From: a bacterium | Lineage (GTDB): Bacteria > Hinthialibacterota > Hinthialibacteria > Hinthialibacterales > Hinthialibacteraceae | NCBI GenBank assembly: GCA_963663405.2 | Contig: CAXXSM010000110.1 | Location: forward strand, 32,001-96,000 | Reading direction: 5' to 3' | Length of the DNA: 64,000 nt | Shown here: piece by piece, positions 41,553-52,682 of the stretch | Layout: every line of letters starts with the position of its first letter | How positions within the stretch are numbered: the first letter of the stretch is position 1 | Made by a program: the position numbers and the translations under genes | Notes under the pieces: model-generated | The model's input: the letters and a program-made list of their open reading frames with translations, nothing else | What the model was told of the DNA's origin: nothing | Database searches by the model: none

Positions 41553-43409
41553 ATGATGAACGATTGTGTTAGGAAATCCTGGATTTCCCTTTGTTTTGTC
41601 TTTTTATTAATAACCAATCCAGTTGCGCCAGCACATCCCTCTCTTCGTGAAAGCACACCATATGATGATTTCGTGATTCGGGAAGAGATGATTCCCATGC
41701 GTGATGGCGTCCGGTTATATACTGTGATTGTTTTTCCCAAAGTTTCCAATGGTTCTCTCCCCATACTGTTTGAGCGTACACCCTGGGATGCATCTGGAAA
41801 AATAATCGCAAACGATTCCACCCCAAAACTCAAAGATATGTTGGGTGATAAATACATTGACAAAGACTACATTTATGCCATTCAGGACATTCGAGGACGC
41901 TGCAAGTCTGAAGGAGATTTTTCTATGTATCGTCCACTGCGTGGACGATTTAATAAAACTGAAACGGACGAAGCCACAGACGCTTGGGACTCGATTGAAT
42001 GGTTGCTGAAAAACGTTTCGTGTAATGGCCATGTGGGTATTTTAGGCGAATCGTATGGAGGTTGGTTGGCGCTTGCAGCTTTGCGCGATCCCCATCCAGC
42101 TATCACAGCAAGCGTCGTCACTCACACGGATGCGGATTTTTGGAAAGATACATTTTTTCATTGGGGCGCATTTAAGGGATTGGAATCATTCGAATTCAGT
42201 ATTTGTTTGGAGTCGAATGTAAAGTCATTTACCGACTTTTCTTATCCAACTCGAGACAAGTATGATTGGATGTTGAGGCAAGGATCAGTTGGAACAAACC
42301 TCAGCCCGAATTTGGACGAACGGTATGAGATGTGGAAGGCTCTGATGAAATACCCAAACTATGGACCTTATTGGCGCGAACTTGCCGCGGATCGATGGTT
42401 CGACTCACCCTCTCGTATTGTGCCTACACTGTTCGTACATGGACTATTTGATCAGTGTAATATTAACGGTACACCCGCAGCTTATGCGGCAATGGAAAAA
42501 CATGACAAGAAGAACGATAAAATTTTCTTTGCAGCCACTCCAAGTTGTCACGATCTATATTGGAAAAATGGGCGCGAATTGGGCTCTTTACAGTTTGGAG
42601 AAGACACGACAACTCGTTATACAGAAGATGTATTGAAACCTTTTCTGCGCAAATTTATGCATAACGAAGAACTGTCACTCAGTCCAGTCACTGTATTTGA
42701 TACGGGCATGAATCGCTGGCGTCATTTTGACGCATGGCCGCCGGAAGGAAAAACCGCTCGCCTTTACTTACAACCGGAAGCGGGTGTAGCGTTTAAAAAA
42801 CCTACAATTAACAAATCTTTCACAGAGTATATATCCGATCCAGCCAAACCCATCCCTTATGCGCCGCGTCCACATTGGGGTGATGAAAGGGATCAACGAT
42901 GGCAGGTCGAAGATCAACGTTTCGTGCATAACCGTCCCGATGTGTTGACGTGGGTCAGTGAACCGCTTTCGGAACCGATTAGTGTGCGTGGGCCGGTGAC
43001 CGCTCATGTATTTGCGGAAACGACGGGGACAGACGCGGATTGGGTGGTGAAATTCATCGATGTCTATCCCGATATTTATCGCGATGTCGATATGTCAGGT
43101 TATCAGTTGATGGTAAGCGCGGATATTTTTCGAGGCCGGTATCGTGAAGATTATGAGGAACCGCATCCTATTAAGCCGAACGAGGTCTTCAAATATACAA
43201 TCCCCATGCCGCATTTAAATCACACCTTTAAAGAAGGCCATCGTTTTATGGTGCAGATTCAAAGCACGTGGTTTCCAAAGTATGACCGCAATCCCCAAAC
43301 CTATGTCGATTCGATTATGTTCGCGCCGGATGATTCGTATCGTAAGCAGACGCATCGAATCCATCACAGCAAGAAAAATCCGACGTTTCTGGAGTTTCGT
43401 ATTGACTAA
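41553..43409 (+). CDS. CocE/NonD-family serine hydrolase (alpha-amino acid ester hydrolase-like)
   Basis: IPMRDGVRL, QDIRGR, GESYGG, GHRFMVQIQSTWFPKYDRNPQ; signal peptide. Confidence 0.9.
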   Translation: MMNDCVRKSWISLCFVFLLITNPVAPAHPSLRESTPYDDFVIREEMIPMRDGVRLYTVIVFPKVSNGSLPILFERTPWDASGKIIANDSTPKLKDMLGDKYIDKDYIYAIQDIRGRCKSEGDFSMYRPLRGRFNKTETDEATDAWDSIEWLLKNVSCNGHVGILGESYGGWLALAALRDPHPAITASVVTHTDADFWKDTFFHWGAFKGLESFEFSICLESNVKSFTDFSYPTRDKYDWMLRQGSVGTNLSPNLDERYEMWKALMKYPNYGPYWRELAADRWFDSPSRIVPTLFVHGLFDQCNINGTPAAYAAMEKHDKKNDKIFFAATPSCHDLYWKNGRELGSLQFGEDTTTRYTEDVLKPFLRKFMHNEELSLSPVTVFDTGMNRWRHFDAWPPEGKTARLYLQPEAGVAFKKPTINKSFTEYISDPAKPIPYAPRPHWGDERDQRWQVEDQRFVHNRPDVLTWVSEPLSEPISVRGPVTAHVFAETTGTDADWVVKFIDVYPDIYRDVDMSGYQLMVSADIFRGRYREDYEEPHPIKPNEVFKYTIPMPHLNHTFKEGHRFMVQIQSTWFPKYDRNPQTYVDSIMFAPDDSYRKQTHRIHHSKKNPTFLEFRID

Positions 43410-43478
43410 ACAAATCAGTTATATTGTTTCTAAGAAGAATTGAATATGAGTATTCATGTTATTGAAAAGAGGTGAATT

Positions 43479-45146
43479 ATGAAATCAAATTTCTTTCTTT
43501 TTGCTATGGTTTTTTGCGTTAGCGTTTCGATCGCATGGTCAGTTGAGTATGACATTGTTATTTATGGAGGAACTTCAGCAGGTGTGGCCGCCGCCGTACA
43601 AGCGTCTCGCATGGATAAAAGTTGCGTCATTATCCAGCACAATACCCATCTGGGCGGGTTGACCTCTGGCGGATTGGGCGCAACCGATATTGGTAACAAA
43701 GGCGCGATTGGCGGTATCTCGCGCGAATTTTATCGACGTGTGTACGACCATTACGCCAACGCTGACGCCTGGATTTTCCAAAAACGTGATGAATATCGAA
43801 GCCTATACAATACTCGAGGCCTATACCAAACGCCGGACGATAATTCGATGTGGACGTTTGAACCGCATGTCGCCGAAGCCATCATGAATCAAATGGTCTC
43901 CGAAGCGGACGTCGATGTTATCTTCAATGAACGTCTTGACTTAAAAGACGGTGTTGTCAAAAAGAGCGGACGTATCGTCTCCATCAAAATGGAAAGCGGC
44001 AAAGTATTTTCCGGGAAAATATTTATCGATACGACTTATGAAGGCGACTTGATGGCTAAAGCGGGCGTATCCTATCATGTTGGACGTGAAAGTAATGCGA
44101 CTTACGACGAGACGCTCAACGGCGTTTTCTTCAATATGTACTACCGCACTGACCGGGGAGATACTTATTGCAACGAGTATAATAATTTCACTCGCCCCAT
44201 CAGTCCTTATGTCGTGTTGGGTGATCCGTCGAGTGGATTGCTGCCCAGTATAAATGGCGGTGATCCCGGCAAAGCGGGGGAAGGCGACCATCGCATCCAA
44301 GCGTATAACTTCCGCCTTTGCCTGACCGACGCGCCTGAAAATCGCTTGCCTTTTCCCAAGCCCCAAAAATACAATCCACTTCGTTATGAACTTCTGCTCC
44401 GATATATCAAGGAGGGAGTGTTCGACGCCCTCAACCTAAGTACCCCCATGCCGAATCGAAAAACCGACACCAACAATAACGGCGGTTTTTCCAGTGACAA
44501 TATTGGCATGAATTACGACTACCCGGATTGTGATTATGAGATACGCGACCGCATCATTCAAGATCATGTTGACTACCAGCTGGGCATGATGTGGTTTTTA
44601 TGCAACGATCCTCGTATCCCGGAAGAGGTTCGCAACCAAGTCAATCGCTGGGGGCTGTGCAAAGATGAGTTCCTGGATACCAATCATTGGCCGCATCAAC
44701 TCTACGTCCGTGAAGCGCGCCGTATGATATCCGATCTTGTTATTACCCAACATCATTGTGAGGGAAAAGAAATCGTTGATGATCCCGTCGGCATGGCTGC
44801 TTATGGAATGGATTCGCACAATGTCCAACGTTTTATGGCCTATGGTATCGTACGAAACGAAGGTAATGTTGAAGTCGGCGTCCCAAAACCATACCCGATT
44901 TCCTATCGCGCCATTCGCCCGAAGAAAAGTGAATGCGAAAATCTTCTGGTTCCCGTTTGCGTCTCCTCTTCACATATCGCTTTCGGTTCGATTCGCATGG
45001 AACCCGTCTTCATGGTTTTAGGGCAATCCGCCGCGACAGCAGCCTCAATGGCGATTGACGAAAACATTGCCGTGCAGGATGTCGAATACGATAAACTTCA
45101 CCTTCGCCTCCTTGAAGACAACCAAGTTTTAGAATGGAAAGACTAA
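43479..45146 (+). CDS. Secreted FAD-dependent oxidoreductase
   Basis: DIVIYGGTSAG, FIDTTYEGDL, LYVREARR, GSIRMEPVFM. Confidence 0.9.
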   Translation: MKSNFFLFAMVFCVSVSIAWSVEYDIVIYGGTSAGVAAAVQASRMDKSCVIIQHNTHLGGLTSGGLGATDIGNKGAIGGISREFYRRVYDHYANADAWIFQKRDEYRSLYNTRGLYQTPDDNSMWTFEPHVAEAIMNQMVSEADVDVIFNERLDLKDGVVKKSGRIVSIKMESGKVFSGKIFIDTTYEGDLMAKAGVSYHVGRESNATYDETLNGVFFNMYYRTDRGDTYCNEYNNFTRPISPYVVLGDPSSGLLPSINGGDPGKAGEGDHRIQAYNFRLCLTDAPENRLPFPKPQKYNPLRYELLLRYIKEGVFDALNLSTPMPNRKTDTNNNGGFSSDNIGMNYDYPDCDYEIRDRIIQDHVDYQLGMMWFLCNDPRIPEEVRNQVNRWGLCKDEFLDTNHWPHQLYVREARRMISDLVITQHHCEGKEIVDDPVGMAAYGMDSHNVQRFMAYGIVRNEGNVEVGVPKPYPISYRAIRPKKSECENLLVPVCVSSSHIAFGSIRMEPVFMVLGQSAATAASMAIDENIAVQDVEYDKLHLRLLEDNQVLEWKD

Positions 45147-45196
45147 TGGTATAATCAAAAACAAGATTTTACTCAAATCCATGCTTCAGCTAATTT

Positions 45197-46454
45197 TCAA
45201 TCAACAATTGCTTGGTAAACCAGATTTGTAAATATATGCCACCAAGGCACAGGATTGGGAGATAATCGCTGCGTCATGAACACTCCGATCACGTCTTCTT
45301 TGGGATCGATAAAGAAATACGTGCGAGCGTAACCACTCCAACCATATGTTCCTACGGAAGACAGGTTTTCCATATAGGCTGGATCTTTGACGACGCTGAC
45401 TCCCAGCCCAAAACCAAATGCTCGATCGTTATGCCAGGGGGTTACATTTTTTTCATTGCGAATGAGATCGGTGGACATACGCTTGACGGATTGCGGCGAT
45501 AAAATACGTACGCCTTCCAATTCTCCTCCATTGGCGAGCATCTGCGCAAACCGGGCATAATCCATAGTACTTGAGACCAAGTTATCGCCGCCTCCTTGGC
45601 GGATGTTCAATTTATAATAATCTTCATGATAAAGATTCCGAACAAGTTTTCCATCTTTGACTTCATAAAGACAAGCTACACGATCCCAATTTTCTTCCGG
45701 TGCGGCGTATGCTGTGTCGTTCATCTTCAGCGGTTTGAAAATCCGTTCATGCAAAAAATCTCCGTATTTTTGACCGGAAATCACTTCCACTAAACAGGCG
45801 ATCAAATCCATGGAAGCGTCGCAATATTGCCAATGCGTACCAGGTTGATGAAGCAATGGCAATGAAGCGCTGAATTCAGCGAGTTCTTCGATAGTATGGT
45901 TCGGATTATAAACGTCTTTGTTTCTTACTTTCTTGAATAACGTTGGGCTAATGTCTTTGGAAATTTCATAAGCAAGTCCTGAAGTGTGCGTGGCCAATTG
46001 CTGGATCGTGATTTCTGATTCGGCGGGAACAGTAACGATTTCACCGCCTTTTTCTTCTATAAGGACTCTTCGGTTTTTGAACTGGGGAAGATACTTGGAT
46101 ATCGGATCGCTGAGAAGAAATTCACCTTCTTCCACGAGAATCATCATTGCGGTACACGTAACCGGCTTAGTCATTGAATACAAGCGGAATAAAGCATCCT
46201 TTTCCATCGAGGCTTGATTTTCCAGATCGCGATAACCGTAGGTTTTGAATTGTACAATGTGTCCATGCCGGGCGATGAGTGTAACAAAACCAGCGAGCTC
46301 GCCATTGTCGATAAAGCCTTGCATAACTGAATCTAGACGTTCTAACCGCTCCGATGAAATTCCCACTTGCTCGGGTTTACCAAATATCAAATGTATCGGC
46401 AAAAGCGTTGGACAGGCACAAGACAAATAAAAACATCCCTAATCGTTTTTTCAT
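45197..46454 (-). pseudogene. Beta-lactamase-family serine hydrolase with +1 frameshift after the signal peptide (~46383); possibly a sequencing error
   Basis: YSMTK, ATHTSG, YGWSG; MKKRLGMFLFVLCLSNAFA begins at 46454 in another frame. Confidence 0.75.
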
Positions 46455-46637
46455 GATTTCCCCTCGTATTTGGTATAGGTTAAAGGTACTTATTTTAAGA
46501 ATAGCATCGTGTAACAACGAACTACAGCGTTGTTGCTTTCACTTTGGCATCATTCCAAGACGGGGTAGAGATATTGAATAGAGTAAGCATTTGATGAATT
46601 TTTGTTTTTTAGCCTCATTTACTATATCCCTATACCA

Positions 46638-47166
46638 GCAAATGACGGTTGGATTTTAGTTCGAGGCAAAGGCGGCGCAGTGGTTGCTCAATAGTTCTGG
46701 GAAATTGGGCTGAGCGATGATCTTTTTGATTTGGGGGGAAATAACGACAGAACTTTTTCTGGATTGCTTGAATTGATCCAAATCAATCGGCAATCGATAT
46801 GAGCGAAACGTTCTTCAAGACTTTCGCATCCATTCCTAATGATTTTCTAATAGTCGGTGTGTTCCAGATTACATACCAATGGTGTAAAGGGGAGCTTGTA
46901 TGTAAGTGTTTTGTCACTACAAGGAATTCTTGCTTTACTTTCGTTTCGTCTCCGTTAATCTCGAAAAAGTAGGATTTAAATGGCGGTTGGATAATATCGA
47001 GTAGCGTTGAGTATAGAAGTCAATGATTAACGTGTAGCAGTCAAACACGCCGTTTTTGGAGATCGAAAAAGAGTGATTTGTTAGATGAACTTTATATTTC
47101 GAAGACATTGCTTTCTCAAATAAAGTAATATCAAGAGCTTAGGGCATAAGGTAAGCGGATGCAAAA
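46638..47166. repeat. ~530-bp dispersed repeat, copy 2
   Basis: Same orientation as 40841-41373. Confidence 0.85.
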
Positions 47167-47289
47167 TCCTCGTTCCTGTTGTGTGGATGTCTGATACTCA
47201 CCAGAATTAGACATTCAATTCAATTAAGGGATAATAATCGATTTATTGTCAAATAGTTTACGGCGGTCCGATTCGCGGTTGACATGTAC

Positions 47290-47443
47290 AGGCTGGCTCA
47301 TTGGTTGTCGAAACTGGCAATATCGGTTTTTTAATGGATTCATTGATGATGTGAGAATCTATGATCGAGCACTTTCACCGACTGAGATTCATGGACGGTA
47401 TATCGAATTTACAGTCGTAGGGATAAGCGATTATTACTTATAA
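47290..47443 (+). pseudogene. C-terminal fragment of a LamG/concanavalin-domain protein
   Basis: FFNGFIDDVRIYDRALSPTEI; 5' boundary approximate. Confidence 0.65.
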
Positions 47444-47563
47444 TGAAAACATTTGGCGCCTCCACTCAGAGAATGAATTATTTACGAACTATCAACCGCC
47501 TGGCTTGTCTCTAGATCGATGAACTTCCAGAAAAAGGGAAAAATTCTCCCTCGATGCTTAGTC

Positions 47564-48571
47564 TTAATCGTACAACGGCCAAATACTCACATAAGATGTC
47601 TTTGGATACTGATTCAACATTGTCAAGTAATCCTTGCTAGACCATCTCTCTACAATAACTCCATCAGCCAAGCGCCAGAAGTCATGACCGGATAAGTAAA
47701 ATATCTGATTTCCAAATTCAGGTTCTTTCCATGTATATCGCCAACGCGAAATAACAGTATCCCCCTCACATAATATATCTTCTATCACTTCCGCACCGTC
47801 CTGTTTATCATCGGTTTGTTGATACCACTCTTTAAATGAAGCCAGTTCGCCTGTAATTGTTGGATTGAGGGGATCGTGATTAACAAACAGCGGTGAATAG
47901 ATCTCATCGATAAAATCAATATTTTTATTGTTTGTAACTTCTAGAGTATTTTGCGTTACGATATCTTTTGCAGTTTCCGAATCGACGAGAGCTCCCAAAA
48001 CGGATGAGTCGTTCGACCACAAAAAATCATCCCCGGTTCGCTCTGTAAACGACATTCCCTGAATGGATTCCATTGCTCCAATTTGCAGCATAACGGCTAA
48101 TGCGTCATATTCCATCCACTCTTCCACTACTTTTCCATCGTTGATGCGATCAATACACGATCCGGTAAAAACAATTTCTTTGCCAGTTGGTGGGATTCCT
48201 ATATAATCGCCTAGATGCGTTCCCCGATAGGTCAAACGAAGCGCGACCTTGTCCTCTTTAGCATAGTCGGCTTCGATCGTAACTTCTAAATCAGGAAACG
48301 CTGTTATTAATCCTTCAATAATTTTCTTGTAAGATTCCATACCCACTCCATCCACACTGCCGAATGTGTGATGCACAACGTCTTCCGCGAGATATTCTTC
48401 CAATGCATCAAGTTGCTTTTGATTGATCGCCCGATCGACCAAATCGGCGATTAATGTTTTATTGTTTTCGCTGTCGTTCGGAGTAGTTACTATAATATCG
48501 CTGAATTTGGCAGTGGATAATAGACTGGTATTCTGAGAAGACATTAAACGGCTGACGCGCTTTTTGTTCAC
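47564..48571 (-). CDS. Tandem SnoaL-like ester cyclase protein, 5'-truncated by an IS3 remnant
   Basis: AFPDL, GTHLGDYIGIPPTGK, second SnoaL repeat; first residues NKKRVSRLM are IS3-derived. Confidence 0.75.
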   Translation of the reverse strand: MNKKRVSRLMSSQNTSLLSTAKFSDIIVTTPNDSENNKTLIADLVDRAINQKQLDALEEYLAEDVVHHTFGSVDGVGMESYKKIIEGLITAFPDLEVTIEADYAKEDKVALRLTYRGTHLGDYIGIPPTGKEIVFTGSCIDRINDGKVVEEWMEYDALAVMLQIGAMESIQGMSFTERTGDDFLWSNDSSVLGALVDSETAKDIVTQNTLEVTNNKNIDFIDEIYSPLFVNHDPLNPTITGELASFKEWYQQTDDKQDGAEVIEDILCEGDTVISRWRYTWKEPEFGNQIFYLSGHDFWRLADGVIVERWSSKDYLTMLNQYPKTSYVSIWPLYD

Positions 48572-48649
48572 GGCGTAGCCTTAAAAGCCAAAGCCACTTG
48601 GTCATACGGCGTACACCATAGAACGATACAGGGTGTATTGTTCATTGAT

Positions 48650-50774
48650 CACCGATTTTCGCGTAGGTTTTAACCGTCATAGAAGTATAAGAATTACAAG
48701 GTTTCAGCTTATAGGAAACGAAGGTTGAGTTTCAGGGATTTTAGGCCTGGAAGTGTCTGGGGAAGTTGTTCCCACGGGACCTGCCTCAAGATAGGATTAT
48801 GAGCGCGGCGTGGATAGGTTACGGTCAGTTCATTCTCACGGATGGCCACCGTTCCTTTTCCCTGAATAAAATGGCGGTAGAGTTTGGGCGCGTCACAGCG
48901 TTCAAATCCGCGTAAATGGTTGGCTAACATTCCATACAACGTGTCGGCGATCATCGTCATCACGACATCGAAATGAACCTTGATCAGAATCGGAGACGAG
49001 AGCGCGTTGAGATGAAAGAATTTCACTGCCTCGGCCAGTCCGTTCTCCACCCGCCACCGCCGGGAATAATTGCCAACGATCAGTTCAGCGGACGAGTCGA
49101 AATCGTTGGTGATGAGAAAAGCCGGTTGTTCGCGGCCATTCCCCCGAACAATCAACTGGCGCAGGTCGCCTTGATAATGCCGCAACTGGATGGTGGATTC
49201 GTGGATATAAGGATTGGGATATTTCCGCTTGGCATGAGGAATATGGATTTTCCTCCAAGGCGTCAGTGAATCCACCGCATCCAGTAGTTTCTTCCCCCGC
49301 CGCCGCAATGTAATAAATTTAATTCCCTGTTCGTCAAATTCGGAAAGACGCTCGTAACCGGTCAATTTGGAATCGAATACCAACGTCGGTTTCACTTGCC
49401 GCTGGATTCGCTTCCAGTATGCCAAGAACTGAAGAACCTGATCGTCCGCCTCACTCCGTTGGATGTCCGCCGCCGTGTATAGCATGAGTTTCGATTCCGC
49501 GTCCTGCGCCACAAGGGTCAGGGCTCCTTTCATCACTTTGCCATGGGCCCCCGCCCAATGCTCCTCCAATACGGCGTCTTCTCCATAATGGGGGATGGTA
49601 TGGAAATCAAGGTTGATAATTCGGTTGTCGTATAGCCCAAGCGAGGAGGTCTGTTTTAAAAACGCCTGTTGCAGACGCATGACATGGACTTCATCCAGCG
49701 AATACGAGTAGGTCGATAAGGCCGTGCACTTGGGCAGCGCATTCAGCCCGGCGAACAGTCCCAGCAGGGGATCGAACGCATGATCGCCCACATGGGCGTA
49801 CCGCTCCGTGCCCAGAAGTTTCAGCGAGAGAAAGGAGAGAAAATAACTGAGGGCCGGAATCACTTTCGTTCCGGGCAAGCCGGCGGCGCGAATCAGTTGC
49901 GGCAGGTTCAGTTGAGCGAGAAACGGAGCGAATAAATAAATCCCCGCCGCCGTGGAATCTACGTGAAGCCCATCCACTTGAGCGGCGCGGACCGGTTCGC
50001 TTCGTTCCGGCACGACAGTTCCTTTGACGGTTCGGCCAATTTTCAGGCGCGTGCGCCGGGGCAACTTGGAAAATCCTTCTTCGGCCAGCACGCGTTCGAC
50101 CGTCCGCACGGAGATCTCAATCCCGTCTTCGGACAAGAGTTCGGTGATCTCTCCCGCCGACAATCGTTTTTCCCGCCAAGCGCGGATGGTTTTTCGCACT
50201 TTGGCTGTGACGCGGCGGCGAGCGGCGCGGCCTTCGGGAACCGGTTCGGCGAAATCGATTTTCCCCTGTTTGAAGAGGTGGCGGAGAAGGTGAACGTAGC
50301 CAGGCGTATACCCGAAGCGCTCCGCGACGGTTTTCGCGGGCAAGCGGTCCACAATGGAGGCGCGCAAGGCTTCGTAGCGCCGCTGCCAGTCATGAGTTGG
50401 ATGGAGGAAAAAGTTAGGGTCCATGATATTATCTATTATATAATATGACGGAATAAAGTCAATACAAAAAATGTTAAAACATTGTAAAAATAACGAGGCT
50501 ACGGCAAGCGCAAGCATTGAAATCGTGATTATAGTCTTTATTTATAGGGTTTTTAGGAAATTCAAAGGGAGATGAGCATGAAGCAGAGCGCAACTAGAAA
50601 ATGTTTTAACTTGTGTAGATGTATTTTATATACGTCATAGGGTATAAGAGTCTGTTGCCTTTAGGTTTTACCAATCATGATGAAAAAGCCTTTAAAAAGG
50701 GACTTGTTCCCTGAATCCATAAGTTTTTTTTGGGATGAAACTCGTTCGGGGGGAGTGTCGCGCGAAAATCGGTG
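48650..50774 (-). mobile_element. Insertion sequence with perfect 14-bp TIRs and 5-bp TSD (family unassigned)
   Basis: CACCGATTTTCGCG (48650-63) / CGCGAAAATCGGTG (50761-74); TTGAT at 48645-49 and 50775-79. Confidence 0.9.
48709..50424 (-). CDS. DDE transposase (IS4-superfamily-like)
   Basis: N-terminal HTHs (YEALRA, ISVRTVERVL); LDFH, VFDSK, YSRRWRVENG; intact; ATG 50424. Confidence 0.85.
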   Translation of the reverse strand: MDPNFFLHPTHDWQRRYEALRASIVDRLPAKTVAERFGYTPGYVHLLRHLFKQGKIDFAEPVPEGRAARRRVTAKVRKTIRAWREKRLSAGEITELLSEDGIEISVRTVERVLAEEGFSKLPRRTRLKIGRTVKGTVVPERSEPVRAAQVDGLHVDSTAAGIYLFAPFLAQLNLPQLIRAAGLPGTKVIPALSYFLSFLSLKLLGTERYAHVGDHAFDPLLGLFAGLNALPKCTALSTYSYSLDEVHVMRLQQAFLKQTSSLGLYDNRIINLDFHTIPHYGEDAVLEEHWAGAHGKVMKGALTLVAQDAESKLMLYTAADIQRSEADDQVLQFLAYWKRIQRQVKPTLVFDSKLTGYERLSEFDEQGIKFITLRRRGKKLLDAVDSLTPWRKIHIPHAKRKYPNPYIHESTIQLRHYQGDLRQLIVRGNGREQPAFLITNDFDSSAELIVGNYSRRWRVENGLAEAVKFFHLNALSSPILIKVHFDVVMTMIADTLYGMLANHLRGFERCDAPKLYRHFIQGKGTVAIRENELTVTYPRRAHNPILRQVPWEQLPQTLPGLKSLKLNLRFL

Positions 50775-51286
50775 TTGATCATATTCATCAAACTCACGTT
50801 GCAACGGGTCTCGCCTTTGGATTGATAGTAATAGCCTGACCGGGGGAGCCCCACGAGTTCGCATTGACGTGAAATGGAAATGTGGGGATGGTCAGGATCG
50901 ATCCACGAGCGTTTAATCTCAACCGAAAGGAGCAGATTTTTTTTAAGCCAGTCGAGTTTCACTTTCAACTCCCCGATCTGTTTGTACAACTCATCGATGA
51001 GCGTTTCCTGATCCCGGTCCGCTTTCTTGCGCTTAAGTGAAAAGAGATGAGGTAACTCATCAATGACTTTCTTTTTCCATTGCCGTATCTGGTTCGGATG
51101 CGCTTCGTGCAGACTGGGGAGTTTGGACAGGGTTTTCTGTCTCTTGATCTCGCTCAAAGCCACTTTCGCTTTGAACGCGCCGCTGAATTAGTTGCGTTTT
51201 TTCTTTATGGTTAATCCTCCAAGCCAAGTTGTCGACTCGGCGGATTTCCACCTTAAACCACTGTCAAAATTTTGAGGGGCACTTCA

Positions 51287-51565
51287 CTAGTAGTTCTTCC
51301 GTAATCGCTTATCCATGCCTGGTCGACAACCTTTCGATCCGGAGCAAAAAGCAGTGCAAACAAATCCGTCATGTTTCCGCGTATGTTGAGATTTGCTTTT
51401 GCACCTCAATCCACAGTTCTCCGGGTGGCGCGTAGAAATAGATTCCTCCACATCCACTGAGTCTTATAGCATTACGTCCTCTTCCGCCGAATGCCCAGTC
51501 GAATGCGGCGCTACAATTGATTAAAAGCAAACCGAACGCTGCTATCCGGATATACTTTTTCCCCT
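51287..51565 (-). pseudogene. 5' fragment of a secreted-protein gene cut by the IS3 element
   Basis: KKYIRIAAFGLLLINCSAA..GGIYFYAPPGELWIEVQK, then frameshift; ends at the IS3 IRL. Confidence 0.4.
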
Positions 51566-51575
51566 GAATGAAATT

Positions 51576-52682
51576 TCAATGATTCCCAACATAATCTGAT
51601 TTCTTCTCGCTGCTTTCATTCCTTAGTCTGTCAGGATCCGGGCGATGTTTCGGCGCCGTTGCAATACATTGATTCAAATAGCCGGCGAATAAAAAACTTA
51701 TGTTATCTTTCTGCTTAATGTAGTGGCGCCGCATATTGTTTTCGCCAGCTACCCAGAGAGAACCTTTTTCCACATCAAACTTAAGATGCCCTGGCCCGAT
51801 ATCACGGAGATATTCGCCTGTGCCTTCGACCGAGAAATAGACCGCAGCAAGATCCCAACTGGGACGCTGATTGTCAAGTGTGCGTTGGCTGTAATTCCAG
51901 AGCCAGTCACGATAGGCGTCGCGTACGATGTTACCAGGCTGCGTTTGTTTCAGCGCGCGTCCAGTCATGACATCACTGCCAGCGTCTATGAAATACGCAG
52001 GCACGGGAAAGCGCTTGATCAATTCGCTGGTGTAGGGCGCAGTTCCATTGTGGAAGAAATTCCAGTCTTTGGCGAACTGGTTTTGAGGATTCATGGCGCT
52101 TAACGCGCCGAGCGCCACCCAACGGGATATCTTTTTCCGGATCAATTCTTCGCCAGAAAGCGAAGATATTTCGTCCGGTGATGAAACCAGCAAATCATGA
52201 AGACCTTTGGTGTGCCCAACCGTGATGTATGTGATGCTTTGGTCAGGTTGTACGGCCAGCAGACGGCGATTCAGCAAGGTCATTTCGGGCGCGTCGTGGT
52301 TGTGAACGATGCTATGTCCATAGGCCGTCCGATCGCGGGCGAGCTTTTCCGCCTGCATTTTGTCGACTGGGTCTCCTACGATGTCATCATGGCTGGCGCC
52401 GACGGGAATGCCGGGACGTCCATAATAGACATTGATCGCTTCGACCACCGCGGCTCCGTAAGGAACCTTACCCGAACTGTAGACGCAGCCGATGATTTCA
52501 GCCATTCCTCTATCAGCATAATTATGAAGCAATGCCAGCGCCCCGGCGTCGTCACAGTCCGAGCCCATGTCGGTGTCGAATATCACCTTGATGGGAGCGG
52601 CATGGCTTGAGGCGTCCGCGCAAGGCGTTGTCAAACTAAAAAGCGAAACGAATAGATACAAAAGAAGGGCGTAACTGGTCAT
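51576..52682 (-). CDS. Secreted nucleoside-hydrolase-family protein
   Basis: VIFDTDMGSDCDDAGAL, DWNF, RPSWD; signal peptide. Confidence 0.85.
   Translation of the reverse strand: MTSYALLLYLFVSLFSLTTPCADASSHAAPIKVIFDTDMGSDCDDAGALALLHNYADRGMAEIIGCVYSSGKVPYGAAVVEAINVYYGRPGIPVGASHDDIVGDPVDKMQAEKLARDRTAYGHSIVHNHDAPEMTLLNRRLLAVQPDQSITYITVGHTKGLHDLLVSSPDEISSLSGEELIRKKISRWVALGALSAMNPQNQFAKDWNFFHNGTAPYTSELIKRFPVPAYFIDAGSDVMTGRALKQTQPGNIVRDAYRDWLWNYSQRTLDNQRPSWDLAAVYFSVEGTGEYLRDIGPGHLKFDVEKGSLWVAGENNMRRHYIKQKDNISFLFAGYLNQCIATAPKHRPDPDRLRNESSEKKSDYVGNH

Larger units (their letters stand above)
48542..51286 (-). mobile_element. Truncated IS3-family element, interrupted by a second IS
   Basis: IRL TGAAGTGCCCC at 51286; orfA with ATA start and early stop; A8 slippery site ~50940; orfB ISISRQCELVGL.. 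resumes at 48649 (FYGVRRM..GYAVNKKRVSRLM). Confidence 0.85.

Noticed and set aside
45197-46454. Antibiotic-resistance beta-lactamase
   Set aside because: Generic SxxK serine hydrolase with no class-defining motifs.
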